NCBI RefSeq assembly: GCF_018977255.1
Contig: NW_024704742.1
Location: 38,938,001 to 38,998,000, forward strand
Direction: 5' to 3'
DNA from: Callorhinchus milii
Lineage: Eukaryota
DNA length: 60,000 nt
Numbering within the stretch: position 1 is the first letter of the stretch; the number at the start of each line of letters is the position of its first letter. Below the pieces are notes generated by a model. The model was given only the letters and a program-made list of their open reading frames with translations, had not been told where the DNA came from and ran no database searches. Positions 25,181-40,448 of the stretch are shown in pieces. The position numbers and the translations under genes were made by a program.

Positions 25181-26047
25181 TACAACAACAAAATTACATT
25201 TATAGAGCGCCTTTCACGTCGGGAGGACATGCCAAAGCGCTGAACAGTCAGGTGTCGGGGCCCGAACATGGGGGAGAGGTGGTGTAGGGGTGAGGGAAGG
25301 CAGAGAGATGGGAGGACGACCGAAGGCACAATCGAAGAGATGGGTCTTGAGACCGGACTTAAAGGAGGCAACGGAGGAAGCGAGGCAAAGGGATTGTGGG
25401 ATGGAGTTCCAGAGTGTGGGGGCAGAGAGGCTGAAAACCCGGCCACCGATGGTAGGGCGGGTCGGGCGGGAGACATGGAGCAGACCGGAGCCTGATGAAC
25501 GGAGGGAACGGGCAGTTTGGTAGGGAGTCAGCAGGTCAGAGAGGTAGGAGTGGGCAAGACCATGGAGGGCCTTGAATGTGAGGACGAGGATTTTGAATTC
25601 GATCCTCTGGGGGATGGGGAACCAGTGGAGTTGGGCGAGGGTGGGAGTGATGGGTCACGGAGCCTGGTGCGTGAGAGTACACAAGCTGCAGAGTTTTGGA
25701 TGATCTGCAGCTTGTGAAGGGAAGAGTTGGGAAGGCCGATGAGGAGGGAGTTCCCGTAATCGAGCCTTGATGTAACAAATGCTTGGGTGAGAGTTTCGGC
25801 AGCCTGAGGGGTGAGGCAGTGGCGTAGTCCGGCAATGTTGCGGAAGTGGTGGTAGGCAGTGCCAGTTATGGCACGGATGTGGGGTAGAAAGGACAGTTCA
25901 GGGTTGAACGAGATACCCAGGTTCCTGACTGGCTTAGTGAGGTTGAGTGTGCAGCCATGGAGGCTGATGCTGCCAGTGTCTGAGGTGTGAAGGCGCTGGC
26001 GTGAGCCAATCAGGAGGTCCTCAGTCTTGCTGATGTTGAGTTGGACA
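25181..26047 (-). mobile_element. L2 LINE 3' fragment (~870 bp)
   Basis: Reverse complement is similar to 29623-30351 and extends further into ORF2; (AAC)n tail. Confidence 0.9.
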
Positions 26048-29000
26048 AATAAAATAAAGGTGTGAAAATGCAGTCTATAATTTGATAATTATTGCATTCA
26101 CTCCAAATGTAGGATAAACATTTCAGCCATTACACTCCTAACCTGTGGAATTCCCTGCCTCAATCCCTCTGTCTATCTTTAAATTCCACCTTAAGACTTA
26201 CAATACAAATTGACATTTATGTAGTGCATTTCAAACAGGAGAACATCATCTTCGACCGAGTGTATGGTCACTTCCCTTTCTTCCATATTCAGATTCAAAT
26301 CTGCCACTGTACAGTGCTCCAAGATGCTCTCCTGTGTGAATGGCGCTAAATAAATGCAAGTTATATTTGTTGTAAGTTATGGACTCTATTACACAGGTGA
26401 ATATTTCCACACATGTGGCTGGCCAGACAGTTGTGATGCTCTTGTGAATACAAATAATGGGGTTTATCAAACACTGACCAATGGCTCTAGTGAACTTTAT
26501 ATAATGGGATTTTCCAGTATAAACACTTAATGAAAAAAGATGGTGACACAGGACTTTTAATATTTTAACATCTGATATGAAAGACAGCAGATGTACTTTT
26601 GTAGCCCAAGAAAATCTGCTGAAGTTGTTGACTTTGTCAATGTTATATCATACATGTGGAAATATGACTTTTATCTTCACACAGAAGTATTTTACTTTGT
26701 TACTCATTGTGCTCTTTGGTACATGTTGCTCCATTCATCATTGTTCAATTTAGGTATATTTTGATTTGGAGCTAAGAGTTGTCAAGCCTTGTTCATTTTA
26801 CAGCATTAACGTTTCATGGATTGCTATTGCACTCACTTGAAAGTACAGTACTTACCAACCAAGTAGAAACCAAGTAGGCCCCTTTTTAATGGGACGCTGT
26901 CCAGTTCCATTTGTAAGCTGAACTGGGAGTGTAAATGAAACCACTTACACCACATGGTTGGTGGGAGCTACAGTTCTGTCAAAGGAGGGTTTGTGCTCAG
27001 GTCTCAGTTGTGTGCAATGTAACAACATTCAGCTTTGAACGTTTTTTTTGGATGTTTGTAAAATTGAACAATAATTGGCATCATGCCAATGTCTATTTGA
27101 TTTTTGTTCTTGAGGAGCGATCTAGTTTCTACCTTTGCATGTTGTATTCAAAGCAGAGCTCCATGCAACTTGAGCCTTTTTTTNAGGGCTGAAGACTTCC
27201 AATTAGTGATATGAACTCTGTTAGTAAGCACTTGGACTGATTCAAGCTTTGATGTCAGATTTGGAAAGTCCCAAATTGATGTCCAGGGATGTTATGAAAA
27301 TAGTCCCAATGAAAATGGTAACCTTAAAATTGCCGGCAGGTCTGTAGAAAACCCTCTCTCCATAAGCTGATCTGTACATTTTCAGCTCACACACCGACCC
27401 TAAATGAAACATTAATATTCTAATTAAAAAGCTACCCAAACGTCACTGTGACTTTATTATTGCAATTTTAAATAGAAAACAAATACTTAAATACATTTTT
27501 AAATAAAAATAACAAATTTAAATAAATTACCTGTGGTCACTGTTATCTTTCTCCCCCTATCCTCTCTTATTCCCTTTACTCTTTATGGTCTTTTTATTTT
27601 AACTTTATCTTTATACTATTTTAAACTGAAAAATCTTACCCCCAAAATGTAACTTTACTCAGATTTTGCATCTTTGGAACACTTCCCTCTATCCCTCTGT
27701 CTCATCCCTTTTTTCTATCTGTCTTCAACCCTTGCCTTAAAATACACCCCTTTCACTACACCTATGGTCACCTCTCCCTTCTCCCCTCTCATCTGCTTTC
27801 TGTCCAACCCTATCACCGTAGAACAATCTTAAGACATTATCCTACACAAAGGTGCTATGTAAATGCAAGTTGTTGTTCTACTCTATCTTTTGCTATAAAC
27901 CAAATATATCAAAGGTGTCAGCGCCTATTTTAGAAAACATATTTAGTTGTCTGCAGAACTGACTTTTAACGCAATTTGAAATATTGGCATTAAGAAACAA
28001 TAATGATGTACGAGCAGAGGATATCCATTAGCAACTGTAAAAAGGAAAGGAACTTGGATGCAATCATTGATCATTCACTGAAGATTTTGAATAAATGTGA
28101 AGCTTAGGTCAATAAAACGTTATCTACTGGGCTGCATCTCAATGGAATTTGACTGAAATTATTCTGACCTTGTAGAGCCCATTTAGTAAGGTCACATTTA
28201 GTAACGATGTATGTAGTTTGGGGCATCCCAACGTCAAAACAATATCAAAGTCCTAGAGTTACCTAGTTTAACTGATTTTCATTGCAAAACAGAACACTGG
28301 GGGGGACCCATGATTCCAGTCTTTAGAGTAATAAGAGGGAAAGATGATCGAGATTTAATAATAATAATCCTTGTATTTGATATCGCGCCCTATCATGTCT
28401 TCAAGACATCTCAAAGCACTTCATAGAATATATTGTAAAGTGAATTGCTGTGTATTTTCTGGGCGAATTGCGGCAGCCAGTGTAAGCAGGGAACATGACT
28501 TTGCCTTGAAGATTAGTGAAGGGCAAGGATTTAAAATTAAAAATCGTAAGCAGAATTAGAGAGTAGAGAAATCGTTCTTCTCAGAGTAGTAGGTATGTGA
28601 ACTCTTAACTAAAGCAGTTGGTTATTGCATTGAATAATGTCTTCAAAAACAGGTAAAGAAATAACTGCCTTATATTGGAAAGATATTGGAGGATAAGTAT
28701 TTTAGCAGAGTGAGATGAACTAATATTCCATGGAAGATACACAGCTTTGTGAAACTGTGATGGCTGTGCTATTCCCCAACTTCTGGAACCCCTGCCTCAA
28801 TCCCTCTGTCTCACCCCTCTTTATCTAACTATAAATCCCACCTTAAGAACTACCTCTTCAACCATGCCTTTGGTCACCTCCCCCTTCTCCTCCCTTGCTT
28901 GATATCCAACGCTGCCACAGTTCAGGGCTCCAAAACACAATCCTGCAAGAAAGGCATTACATAAATGCAGCTGCTGTTATTTGTTGTTATTGTTGGTCTG

Positions 29001-29622
29001 CGCCTGTGTCTGGAAAGGAAAAAAAGGTTTAAAAGATAGATGTTCATATGAACATATTGGAGACAATGTTTGATTATATCTTTCATGCTACTCTGCTTAC
29101 AAATAATGCTGACAAATCAAGTTTGTCTACAAATTATGCAGTCACTACACTTTACAATGAATCTGGTGAGACGTCTTCCTAAAGTGAAAGGCACTATATC
29201 AAATGCAAGGATTATTATAAACACACAATCGCTACACATAAAATTGCATGAAGCACTTTGGGAATTTTTAACATTCACTAGTTCGTAAATAAGGCAGAAG
29301 CCCTTGAGCCTACAGCTGGCATCCTGCACTTGCCTGCGCGTTTTGTCAATATATAATCTGAACCTCACTCCAGTAGGTTTGATTGTACATCACGTCAATG
29401 CAAGTAAAGTGTGCAATAAATAACATAGGCAGCAACCTATTTACTTGGTAGTCGGCCATTGTTCACGTGAGAAGCCTCCAGCTTTCTGTGTACACATGCG
29501 TTGATTTCATTGGTCAAGTAATCAGTGACATTACAACGCGGGAGTGATAGTACCTTGTTATAATGTGGGATTTTATGGATCTCAACCACCGCATTATTAT
29601 ATTGTTAATCAGGTTAATCAGG

Positions 29623-30351
29623 TTTCTCCCTCATATCCGCGCCACAACTGGCACCGCCTTCCATCACCTCCGGAATGTCGCCAGACTACGGCACTACCTC
29701 ACCCCTCACGCCGCTGAAACCCTGGTTCACGCCTTTGTCACCTCAAGGCTGGACTATGGGAACTCTCTCCTCGCCGGCCTTCCCGCCACCTCCCTCCACA
29801 AGCTGCAGGTCATTCAGAACTCTGCAGCTCGTGTACTGTCCCGCACCAGGCTTCGGGACCACATCACTCCCACCCTCGCTCGCCTCCACTGGCTCCCCAT
29901 CCCCCAGAGGATCGAATTCAAGATCCTCACCCTCACCTACAAGGCCATTCACGGTCTTGCTCCCTCCTACCTCTCCGACCTACTATCCCCCTACCTACCT
30001 GCCTGTATCCTTCGTTCCTCCGGCTCTGGTCTGCTCCACATCCCCCGCCCCAACCGCCCTACCATCGGTGGCCGGGCCTTCAGCCTCTCAGCCCCTAGGC
30101 TCTGGAACTCCATCCCCCAGTGCCTTCGCCGCCTCCTCCCTTTCCTCCTTCAAGGCCGGTCTCAAGACCTTTCTCTTTGACCGTGCCTTCAGCTCCCCTC
30201 TCGACTCTCTACCCCCTCCTCGCTCCCTCCCTTCCCTCCCCTCACCATGACCATTTCCCCCCTGCTCGGGTCCTGACCCAACTGTACAGCGCCTTGGGAC
30301 GTCCTCCCGACGTGAAAGGCGCTCAATAAATGGAATGTTGTTGTTGTTGTT
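29623..30351 (+). mobile_element. Young L2 LINE 3' fragment
   Basis: ORF 29563-30180 reads HLRNVARLR...LVHAFVTSRLDYGNSLL...LQVIQNSAAR...LHWLPI...RAFS...LWNSIP (L2 ORF2 C-terminus); (TGT)n tail. Confidence 0.95.
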
Positions 30352-30744
30352 AGACAGCATTTCAGCAATACCATATAAGGCATAGTCTCTTCTTTCGCTA
30401 AGCCCACATCTCCTGCAGCAAAGGATATCATCCTACATTCCTCTGAATACCTAACTGGCCTTCTCTCTGCTTTTTATCTCCCACTGGCTCACTCTTTATT
30501 GACATCGACTAAACGTGGAGGGAGCAGAGAGAGTTTGTATCAAATCCTGAAATCCTGTTATAACGGTTTTGAAACAGTATAATCTAATAATTCATAATTA
30601 GTTATAATTTCAGAAATGTAAAAGCCATGTCTGATATTATTTAACAAGTGTGATATGAATAGAATACATGGAGCCCAGGAGTAGATTAGAAATTCTTACT
30701 GCATGAGTGAGCTGGAGCTTTAGAATTCACTGGTGGAGACTAAC

Positions 30745-30895
30745 TCCACTGTGTTTCATTGTATCACCCCTCTGTGTCTCATTGTGCCCCTCTGTGTTTC
30801 ATTGCAAGATAGTGTCCCCCACGGTATCTCAGTGTTTCCCCCATGTTGCACTGTGTCTCAATGTGTTCCACAATAACCCACTGTGTCCATTTCAT
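30745..30895. repeat. Degenerate minisatellite (~20-bp unit, cccctctgtgtytcattgt)
   Basis: About six imperfect units are visible. Confidence 0.6.
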
Positions 30896-30935
30896 TTCCC
30901 TACCAAGTCAAATGTTCCTGATTCTGTTTTTCATT

Positions 30936-31198
30936 TAATAATAATAATAATCCTTGCATTTGATATAGCGCTTTTCACGTCGGGAGGACGTCCCAAAGCG
31001 CTTCACAGAACACACTGTAAAGTGAATTGACTGTATATTTGTGGGCGAACGCGGCAGCCAATTGCGCACAGCAATCTCCCACAAACAGTCGTAGATTGAA
31101 AATGACCAATTTTTATTATTGTTTTTGGTTTTGGAGGGATTATTATTAGGCGTGTGGAGTAAGGAAACTTGCCCAAGGTTTCGCCCTGCCTGGAATTG
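30936..31198 (-). mobile_element. Young SINE, 5'-truncated within the B box
   Basis: Matches the family up to ...cctggaattg, then unique sequence. Confidence 0.93.
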
Positions 31199-34100
31199 TT
31201 CACATCACTAAAGCATTTATGAGAACAATTCATCTCTTTGAGAACACAATGGTATGTATCTCTTTGATAGTATGTTTACAGTTGTTTTTTTAAATATTAC
31301 ATTTTATATCAAATCCAAGTGTTCCCAATAAAAAAAAGAATTTAAACATTTTGCAAGTACAACCTCATTAAAGTTTGAAGAGAGGATTTTATCATGCAAC
31401 AGTTGTGTGGGCAATATTTACCTTAGCACTAATGTTCTGATCCAAGGAGGACCCAGGTGGCATTTTGTGTGTCCCCAGAAGCTCGTGTCTGTGTTGTACA
31501 AGGGATCTGGGCTGGTTGAAAGAATTAATTCTCATTGCACTCCAAGCCAAAGCATATGGCCTCTTGCCAATAACTCCAGCTGAGAAGCAGCACGAATGCA
31601 ACATGAAGACTAAAAAGTAAATTTCAAAAGTATTGAATGAAATTTATGTCTGGTATGGCAGCCGAATATTACTAATATTATTTTTACTGATCAAAACTTC
31701 ATTAGCAAATAGACAGGCGCTTTCATCTTAATCTGTTGCTCCTAATTAATCTGGAGCAAGTAACGGTATAGTTATCAGACAGACCCAAAGCCCTGATTCA
31801 GTATGGCTGTTACATTTCACCTGCCCAAAGAGACTATATAAGCTGCTACTGGGGGAGTTGGGGGGAGAGGCAAATAGGAAATACTTTCCTTGGTGTCAGT
31901 CTAATGCATTTGCATTAAGTTTGTACCCACTTGCCCAATAGTATCACAATGGGCAAAATGGCTTGACCTTCAAGCCCTACCATAATCTCAATCCAATTAG
32001 TAAAATCACATTTTAGCAGTGGCCCTCTTTTAGAAGAAACTTAAGATGTTTTCTACTCATTTTGCTTATCACTCGGATGCCTGTGATATTATTGCAACTA
32101 GCCTTTGGTCTGGTTCTGCTTGCATCTTTCTCTGCAAAACATTACAAACTGCCTGTTGTGATTTTCATACCCATTTACATGTCTGATTCACAGCTTGTTA
32201 TTCTGGTTCCAAAGAGCTTTATTAGCTGTTACTTGACACATTTCCAGGTCTTTTGATCTGCTGTTGCAAAATGAAGCACATACAGTGCACTATGGGTGAA
32301 AATCGCTTTGGCTGCCATGGACTAACTAGCAGGCACCCTGAGGTCACCAACTTCAATCTTAGTTGTGTAATATGTTTTCTTTCAGTATGTTTACTTAAAC
32401 ACTCATATTACCTGCTTGATACTGTTGCACAAGCTGCTTGAATGTTGCTGGTGTATGGAACTAATCAAGCTTCAGGTAGTCTGCAGCGTTTAGACTGATT
32501 AGGGAATCCCAGACTTCATTGTAACCTTAAGGGGAAACAGGTCTGAAAAAATAATTTCCTCAGAAACCTTCCAGCCAAAAACTTGGCCTCTATTTTCCAT
32601 TCTATCTATGTGAAAGTGAAAGATTTCCAGTGTAGCATAATGGAATTCCAGGTGCATTTTGGAAAACATAAGATAGGACCGGTAGTGTCAATCATCTCTA
32701 ATAACAACAAATGTTTATAGACAGCATTAGCTCTTTTCAGAATTAACTAAAGACCTTGTCTAATAATGGACTGATTCATTAGAGATAATAGTAAGCGGAA
32801 GAATAACTGTTTTTACATCTGTCACTTATGTTCGCCTGGTCTCCCTGGTCAAGAGTTCATTATATTTGCATATGTAGCAACTGAGAAGAGTGATTAGAAG
32901 ATATTCTCAGCTCAAGTTCGAAGTTGGCTCAGTCATCAACAAAACGTGGAATTTGGTTTCGTATGGTCAGGAGTGTGCTTGATGCAGCATGGTTGCTCAC
33001 AGCAAGGTCCACTACATTTGCTCATGGTGGTATTCGTGTCCATACCAGCTCATATCATGCACATATGTTTTGAGGACATAAAACATAAATTGTGGTGAAC
33101 ATTTCAACACAACACTCGCACCTTCTGTGATATTAACGTTCAGGCTGGGAAATAGTTTGTTTCTAATTTATTTTCACAACAATCTGGAAAATGTGGCACT
33201 GGTAAACCTGATTTCACTACAGTGCATTAAGGTTTCACCCTATTCCGGAATCGAACCGGGTCCTCTTGCTTGCGAGGTGAGCCAGCTAACTACAACGCTA
33301 GAAGATTCCCTAATATATTACAGTTGTATTTGTACTCAGTGTGTTACCATTGTATCCGTACATGTGTCATATTTTGCTTTTGAGCAGTTTCTCGCCTGGG
33401 AGCTGTGATTTTTGCCGGATTTTTTAAGCAAATGGTATTGAGTTCCAGAATTTCAGTCACAAACTGGAAGCACTTAATAGCTTCTGATTTGTGAACATCA
33501 CTTTTCACTGCCAATATCAAGCTAATATTGTTAAATTGAAGGGCTTGTTACTATAACTGGATGGGAACCAACATTATTGAAACTGTATTTATGTAGTAAA
33601 GTGAGGAATTTTAAGGGGGTATTAAGTGGTATAGAGAAATGTGGGCAAATGAGAATAGAAGAACTGCCACCAGCTAATAAATGGTAGAACAGGCTAGATG
33701 GGTCAAATGGCCTGCTTCTGTTCCTATGTCAACAAAAATCTCAAATTATAGTAATAATAATAATCCTTGCATTTTGATATAGCACTTTTCACGTCTTTTT
33801 TCTTAGACGTCTCAAAGCGCTTCAAAGAAAATATTGTAGAGTGAATTGACAGAATATTTGTGGGTGAAGCATTATGAGCTAATCCAGAAAGAGGAACACT
33901 TGCCAGCTGGTCAGTCCACATATATATGTTTTATATGGTAGATGTGTTTGGTTATATATGTTTTGGTTGGCTGGCAGAATCCTTTTTGTATAAAATTAGC
34001 CTTAATCACTAGCTACAACAGTACACAATGAATAAGGCTAATTTTAAAAAGAAGTGAAGTAAGTTAAACCTTCATCAATTTAACATGTTAACAGGGATTA

Positions 34101-37100
34101 TCAGTCAAAACATTTATTGCAATTAAATGTTTAAAGAGAATATTTAAAGGCGCATTATTGCCCCATGGGAGTGGAGTGGGAAGTGGTATTTAATTCCTAG
34201 AATAAGACCCTACTGTGAAAACCCATTTATCCTAAGTGTTTCTTTTTAAAAAGGTTCTTAATTTTTCTCTGGCAATAAAGGTAATATTTGCCACATTTAC
34301 CTACAAAAATACACAGTCACTAGACTTTACAGTATTTCCTGTGAAGCATTTTGAGATGTTCTTCCTGATGTTTGAGGAGCTATGTCAAATGCAAGGATTA
34401 TTTATTATATATAATACTGAGGGCTAAACCTTGCAGATTCACCTGTTATAAGGCATCCAGCCTCCTTACAGTGCTTCTTATCATTGATGCTCTTTGTATT
34501 CAAAAATACATTTGAAAATAATTTGAGAACATTTTGGTCTTATGAGATGAAGGGTGTTGGTAATGGTAAATGGAATGCAGTCAGCCCCTGGTAATACCAT
34601 GATGCATTTTACCAATGGAAAATCCATTTTATAACGGGATCAGTGGCAAACTGAAGAAATGGAATGGGGTGTTAGAAAATCTGATATTAATTTGATTATG
34701 ATTTCAACAAGGTGGCTTCCAGAGAAAGGATTGATTTACGATAGTCTGTAACCTAAATAAATCAGGTAGGTTGGATTTTGTTATAAAATGACAAAATAAT
34801 GAACTGATGGAAAATTACCAGCAAACATTCTTACTGGATGTGGAGTCCCATGAAATCTGTCAGTCATAGCTTAGCAATGCCAAGCCACGAAAAACAATTC
34901 AGATATAAAATGGCCAAGTTAATCTGGTAACAGTAATACATGGCTGTAAAAGGATAGTTTTGTTGTATGAAATACTGTATATTAAATTGTTGTCTTTGAA
35001 GTTCTCTTCAAAGGCAACAACTCCCATTCAGTTGCACCAATGGCTCAATGAGCATGTCCAGTCAACACCAGGACTCATTTAAAAATCAGCTTGATGTTGT
35101 GATGGGAAGATGACCGGGTGAGTATTCTGTAAGGATGAGATCAAATAAGCCAAAGGGCCTTCTTCATTTCCTATCATCTTATGATCAATCCTGTCTTCAT
35201 TTGACGTCCACATATGCGGCAGGAATCAGTGGATAGCAATGAAGATTGGGAACCTTGACTGATTTATTTCCCTTCTTAATATAGACGTACTGAGATCATT
35301 TGTGACATCCTTACCGTTGCTTCAGCTGAGATCAGCTAACCCAGCACTGACCAGTGACTTTAACTGGGATCTTCTGGCTTGGCTTCACACTGGGCAGCAG
35401 CTTTCGTATGTGAAACAATGGAGAATATTTGACCATTTTTTCTGAAATTTAACTTTATTGTTCTCTATTTTTCTAAATTATAGTTGAGCATTTGCATTAA
35501 TATTGTTTCCAGTTTTATATGGCTAAAAACGATTACTTCTACTACTCACTGAAACTCACGGAATGAAGTGGGTGGAGATGATTTAATTCTTCCATAAGGA
35601 AGACACACAGTAAAAATTAATCGCAAGTGTGAAGAGATGGATGACATGGATGACACACTACTCCGTAAAATCTGCCTTTATTGCAGGGTGATATGGTTAC
35701 CTTTGCTGCTTGGGTACACACTGTTTCACTGCAGTGACATTAAAAGTCATTGCTAAATACTGTGATTTATTGCTTGCTAGTCGAGTTCCAAGTCTATTCA
35801 TTGGTGTAACACCAGAACATTGGGGGCTGACAACAGAACCAAGATCAAATCCTAGTGTTGGTGACATTCATTCCCAAATGGAGATAGTGGAATGGAAAAG
35901 GGAATAGAGGGAGGTAGGAAGTGGGAAAAGAGGCAGCTGAGAGTGAGGGCAGAGGGAGCTTGGAAGTAGGGGAAGAGAGAAATGAGACTAGGTGAGGAGA
36001 GAATTCTCTTCAAGAGAGGTTCAGCTCCAAAAAAAGACAGGGTTTTCACATTATATAGTGCATTTTTCATACCTTATCATCGTGTGTTGTTTTAGTATCT
36101 GCTGATTATTTGCTTCCATAATGAAATTTGATGGTAACTAAAAATATTGCTTTATGATTATTAATCTTAAACTGTCCGGTGGAGTAATAGTTTGATTTGA
36201 ACGAGAGTCTGGTAGCACAGTGGGAGATCTATATAAAATCCAAAGAACAGAATACTACAAGTGGGGTAAGCATTCAGGTACAATACTGAACTCTGCAAGA
36301 GGAGAGTACAGAATGGTATGGCTTCCATTTTGCAGGGCCAAAGGTCTGCTTATGGGAACAGCTGTTAGACCACTGAAGGAGAAGATGGTAATGGACAAAA
36401 ATCCCAAACTGTAACAGATGTAGTACTCATTTTGTTAAGCGTTTACAGTTAGTCAGCTGACTTCACCGAGGCTTCAGGCAGACAGTACAATGCCATTAAG
36501 TTTACAGAGGAATTAAGTGTTAGACATTATGGCCCATTCCTTCAAGCAATGGGGTGGTATCATGAAATTCTATAATTAAGTCGTATTCTGAAGATGGTTT
36601 TCTTTCCGTAAATAAAAATAATGATTATACTCAACCACATGTAGAAAGCCCTGGCCAACAATCCCCCATAATAAAATTGGTCATTCCTTAGCTGTTTGTG
36701 GAGTATTGCTGTGCGCAATTGCTGTCATGTATCACAAAATACACAGTCAATCCACTTTACAATATATCCTGTGAAGCACTTTGAGACATCTCGACTACGT
36801 GAAAGGCACAATATCAAATACAAGGATTATCTTTATTATAGTAAGTAATCACAATTCCTGACTCAGTTCCAAATTTACTGACATAACTTAGGCTCAAAAG
36901 GCTGAATATCCTCCTCTGCTATAATTTCTATGGTTTAATTAACTTTGGCAGAAATATTAGTTCTTAAAGTTACTGTAAATTTAGGTAGACTCAGTAATAA
37001 AAATAAATCTGCTTAATACAGGCAACTCCATCAGAACTGTGATGTGAGCAGGAAGGGATCTGATCTTGCACTGGCTCACTGTGAGCTTTACATCAGTAGG

Positions 37101-37611
37101 CCATAGTTTCCACCTCTAGAATGAAGCCGAACGTCCCGCTCAAGGGTTATTAAACAAACACTGGCGACATCTAATGATTCCTCTTCTGTCTCAGCCCAGC
37201 AGTGAGCTTACACTGACCATTATACATTTGTTGAGGTACTATAGAAAAAAACTCATACTGCAATATGTGTGTACGAGTGTGCATGTGTGTGTCTACTTGC
37301 GTACGTATGTACGAGGGGGAAGAAACCCACACCCTTTGTATTACACAATGAGGACACACAAGGAGTCTTAACAGAGTGGCTTTAAGACCAACTCTACAAA
37401 CTCTTTTTTATATCCAACATTATTCAGTACCGAGATTCTCTCCTGACCTAGAGCACACTCCACATGGAACATGCACGAGTTGAGGAAGATTGGAGTTTAC
37501 ACAACACTTATTCAGCACAAATATTTTACTCACAGACTAGGCTTTCAGATTCCTGAAAAACCTATTGGCAACTGTACAGAAAACGATAAGTAGTTTGTAA
37601 TCACCAAATTC

Positions 37612-38225
37612 AATTCAGTATAACAGCTTTCACAGAGGAGAACATCTCAAAGCACTTTATGTGGACATTGTGGGATAATGAGTGAGACTGGAAATGGGTG
37701 GAAGAAAGTGGCGAATGACACTGTCAAAGAGGTAGGTCTTTGGAAGGATTTTGAAGTCAAGAAAAGAGTTTGTGAGGCAAAAGGATTTTGAGAAGGAGTT
37801 CCAAAGAGCAAGGCCAGAGGGCTGAACCCACCAATGATGGGACAAAAAGGAAGCGGCTTGAGGGCTGTGCAATAGGCCTGAGTTTGAGGAAAGGAGGGAA
37901 TGGGTGAGAGAGCAGGATTGGGGAGATTGTGGAGATAGAGTGTGGGGGGCAAGAGTGTGGAGCAAGTTCGTAAATTGGATCTCTATTGGAGGACAGAATA
38001 AATAAATAGAGGTAGGTAAGCATGGGCTTTACTTGGACATTATGGGATAATGAGCAAGACTGGAAATAGAGAAGGAAAAGACATGGGTTACGAAGTTCTA
38101 GATAAGATGGAGCTTGTGGGGGTGGAGCAAATAAGACCCATCAGGAGAGAGTTTATAAAGTTGAGTCTAGAGGTGACAAGTCTGTGAATGAGGGTGTGGG
38201 CAGACGAGGGAGCAAGTGATTGAGT
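37612..38225 (-). mobile_element. Old L2 3' fragment
   Basis: Reverse frames contain LWNS, FKILPKTYLFD and HTLAP motifs. Confidence 0.65.
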
Positions 38226-40448
38226 GAGATAATCTGATCCAAACATCGTATTTGGAACTGGAGTTGCAAAGTTGTTGCTATTCCTGTCACAAACAAAAAA
38301 TGTGGCATGTTAACCCATTGGAACTCTACTCCAACACGGTCGATTGGAAGTAGCTCTAATAAATAATTCTTAGTCTTAATTATAAAAATAGCAATAATAA
38401 TAATCCTTGCATTTGATCTAGCACCATATCAACAACAACTTGCAATTGCATAGCTTCCTTAACGCGGGTAGTATCTCGGAGCACTTATCATATCTTCGAG
38501 ATATTTCAAAGTGCTTCACAACATATACCATAAAGTAATATATTTTGGTGGTAAAGGTGACAACCAATTTGCACACAGTAATGTGCCACAAACAGTCATT
38601 GAGTGTATGACTGATTTTATTAGAGTTCTCACAAGCGAGTGTGATATATATTCAGTTACTGAAAAGAATTTTAAGAACCCCATTAGAAATTGCTGTGCCT
38701 GAACCCATAAAAAGTTTGTGTATCTAATATACGATCAGTGCAAATCTCTTTTAGAAGCAAACATTCCAGCCTTACTTTTAAACTGTTGTTCTCTTCTGAG
38801 TATTTCTCCCTATTGCCCACTCTCTTTTCTGTGCAAATACCCATTACTTATTACACAGCATGAAATTTCCTTCAATTGACTGGTTCTCCAGTGAATTAAT
38901 ACATAAAGATGTAAATGTAATTTTCCTTGTCATTTCTTTTCCTTGAATGACAGCAGCACAAAGAATATCTGCATTGCATTTATCAAAACGTCATTTTGTA
39001 TTCTATTAATTAAGCCCAAAGGATCTCTTCCACATTGTTGAAGGTTTTTTAGACGAAGATTATAGGATCTGCACAAAGCATTAAACAGGACAACAGGACA
39101 TTAAACATCTGAATTAAACAGGATTTTTTAGACTTGTGGTACCATTGTGTTAGAATTGGCAGTTACATAATGGATATAAACGTATGGAACTGAACAATAA
39201 ACAAGCTCCATAAACAAAACAAATTATAATAATTTATTTTTTGTGCGCTGTGTGGAGCCTGATATTTAGTTACCTCCCAAAATCCAAAATGCTTGGGTCA
39301 ACTCAATTTGTGCTTCTAACCCTGGCTGGTACGTGGGAAGCAAAAATTGCCGAATTCTAGACGATCAGGATCCTGCCAATATCACTTCCTTCCGCTATGT
39401 CACTTCCTGAGTCAGGAAATAATTTAGCCAGCAACCAGATTACCTGGAACATTGCTGCATTCAAGTTAGCTGTAGCATTCTCCAACAAATCAAGTCGTAC
39501 ATTTTGGCTTCCCACAAACCGACCAACGTTTTGAAGCACCAATAGAGCAGGCTGTCTTTCTGCGCATGTGGACAGTGAATGTAAAAGTGCTGACCTGAGA
39601 GTTTACCCCATTATAGTGCTGACCTGAATTTTATGGATCCCTCACTACCGCATTATAAGGGGGCTCCATTGTAATAATCCTAGGTAGGATAGAATGTCAT
39701 TTGATTAATAATGATCATCCAGTTCTTGGCATGCTCTCACCACCACCTGCAGCACTTTTCTGCACCCAATTATTCTCCATAGTGCCCCCTCCAGACTTTA
39801 AGAACTCCCTCAGTCTGACTAACAGAGCTGGAATGAAAGACTGATTGTCCCACGCTAATGATGATGTATTCAACCACTGGAATCAACTTCCTTTTTTTCC
39901 CAATGAACAATGTAATATCATGTACATTCGCGAACATTCCAGCTGTTGGTGTGAGCTGTTGTTCCTTAGTGCGCATGTGATGTAGAAAATAAAAAGATGT
40001 TACGAAAAGCCAGGCCTGTGCTTTAGAGGCTCTGTTAATTTCTTCAGTGCACAAGGGAGATCTGCAGAACATTTGCAACTAAAGTTAGTCACTTACAAGG
40101 TTGGTAAGCGAAGCTACTTTCCTTCTGTTTCTTACAGATCTGTTCAGTTTTACTGGCCATTTCTGACTAATGGAAGGGCTTCTGTTGTCTTATAATAAAT
40201 AAATAATCCTTGCATTTGATATAGCGCCTTATTGTGTCATTGAGACGTCTCAATGCGCTTCACAGAATCTAATGTAAGTTGTGTATTGTAAGATTGTCTG
40301 CCTAGACTATGCTCGATGTGGGCCTTGAACCCATAATATTCTGACTCATAGGTAAGAGTGCTACCAACTGAGCCAGGCTATCACACTATTTCCCTCACTA
40401 CATTTTGAGCTGATTGCGAAGTGGTTTGAGACGTTGATAATACCAAAG

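Noticed and set aside
37150..37170. aaca-ctggcgac resembling a gypsy LTR end plus primer binding site
   Set aside because: Too short; no paired LTR or gag/pol remnant was recognised.
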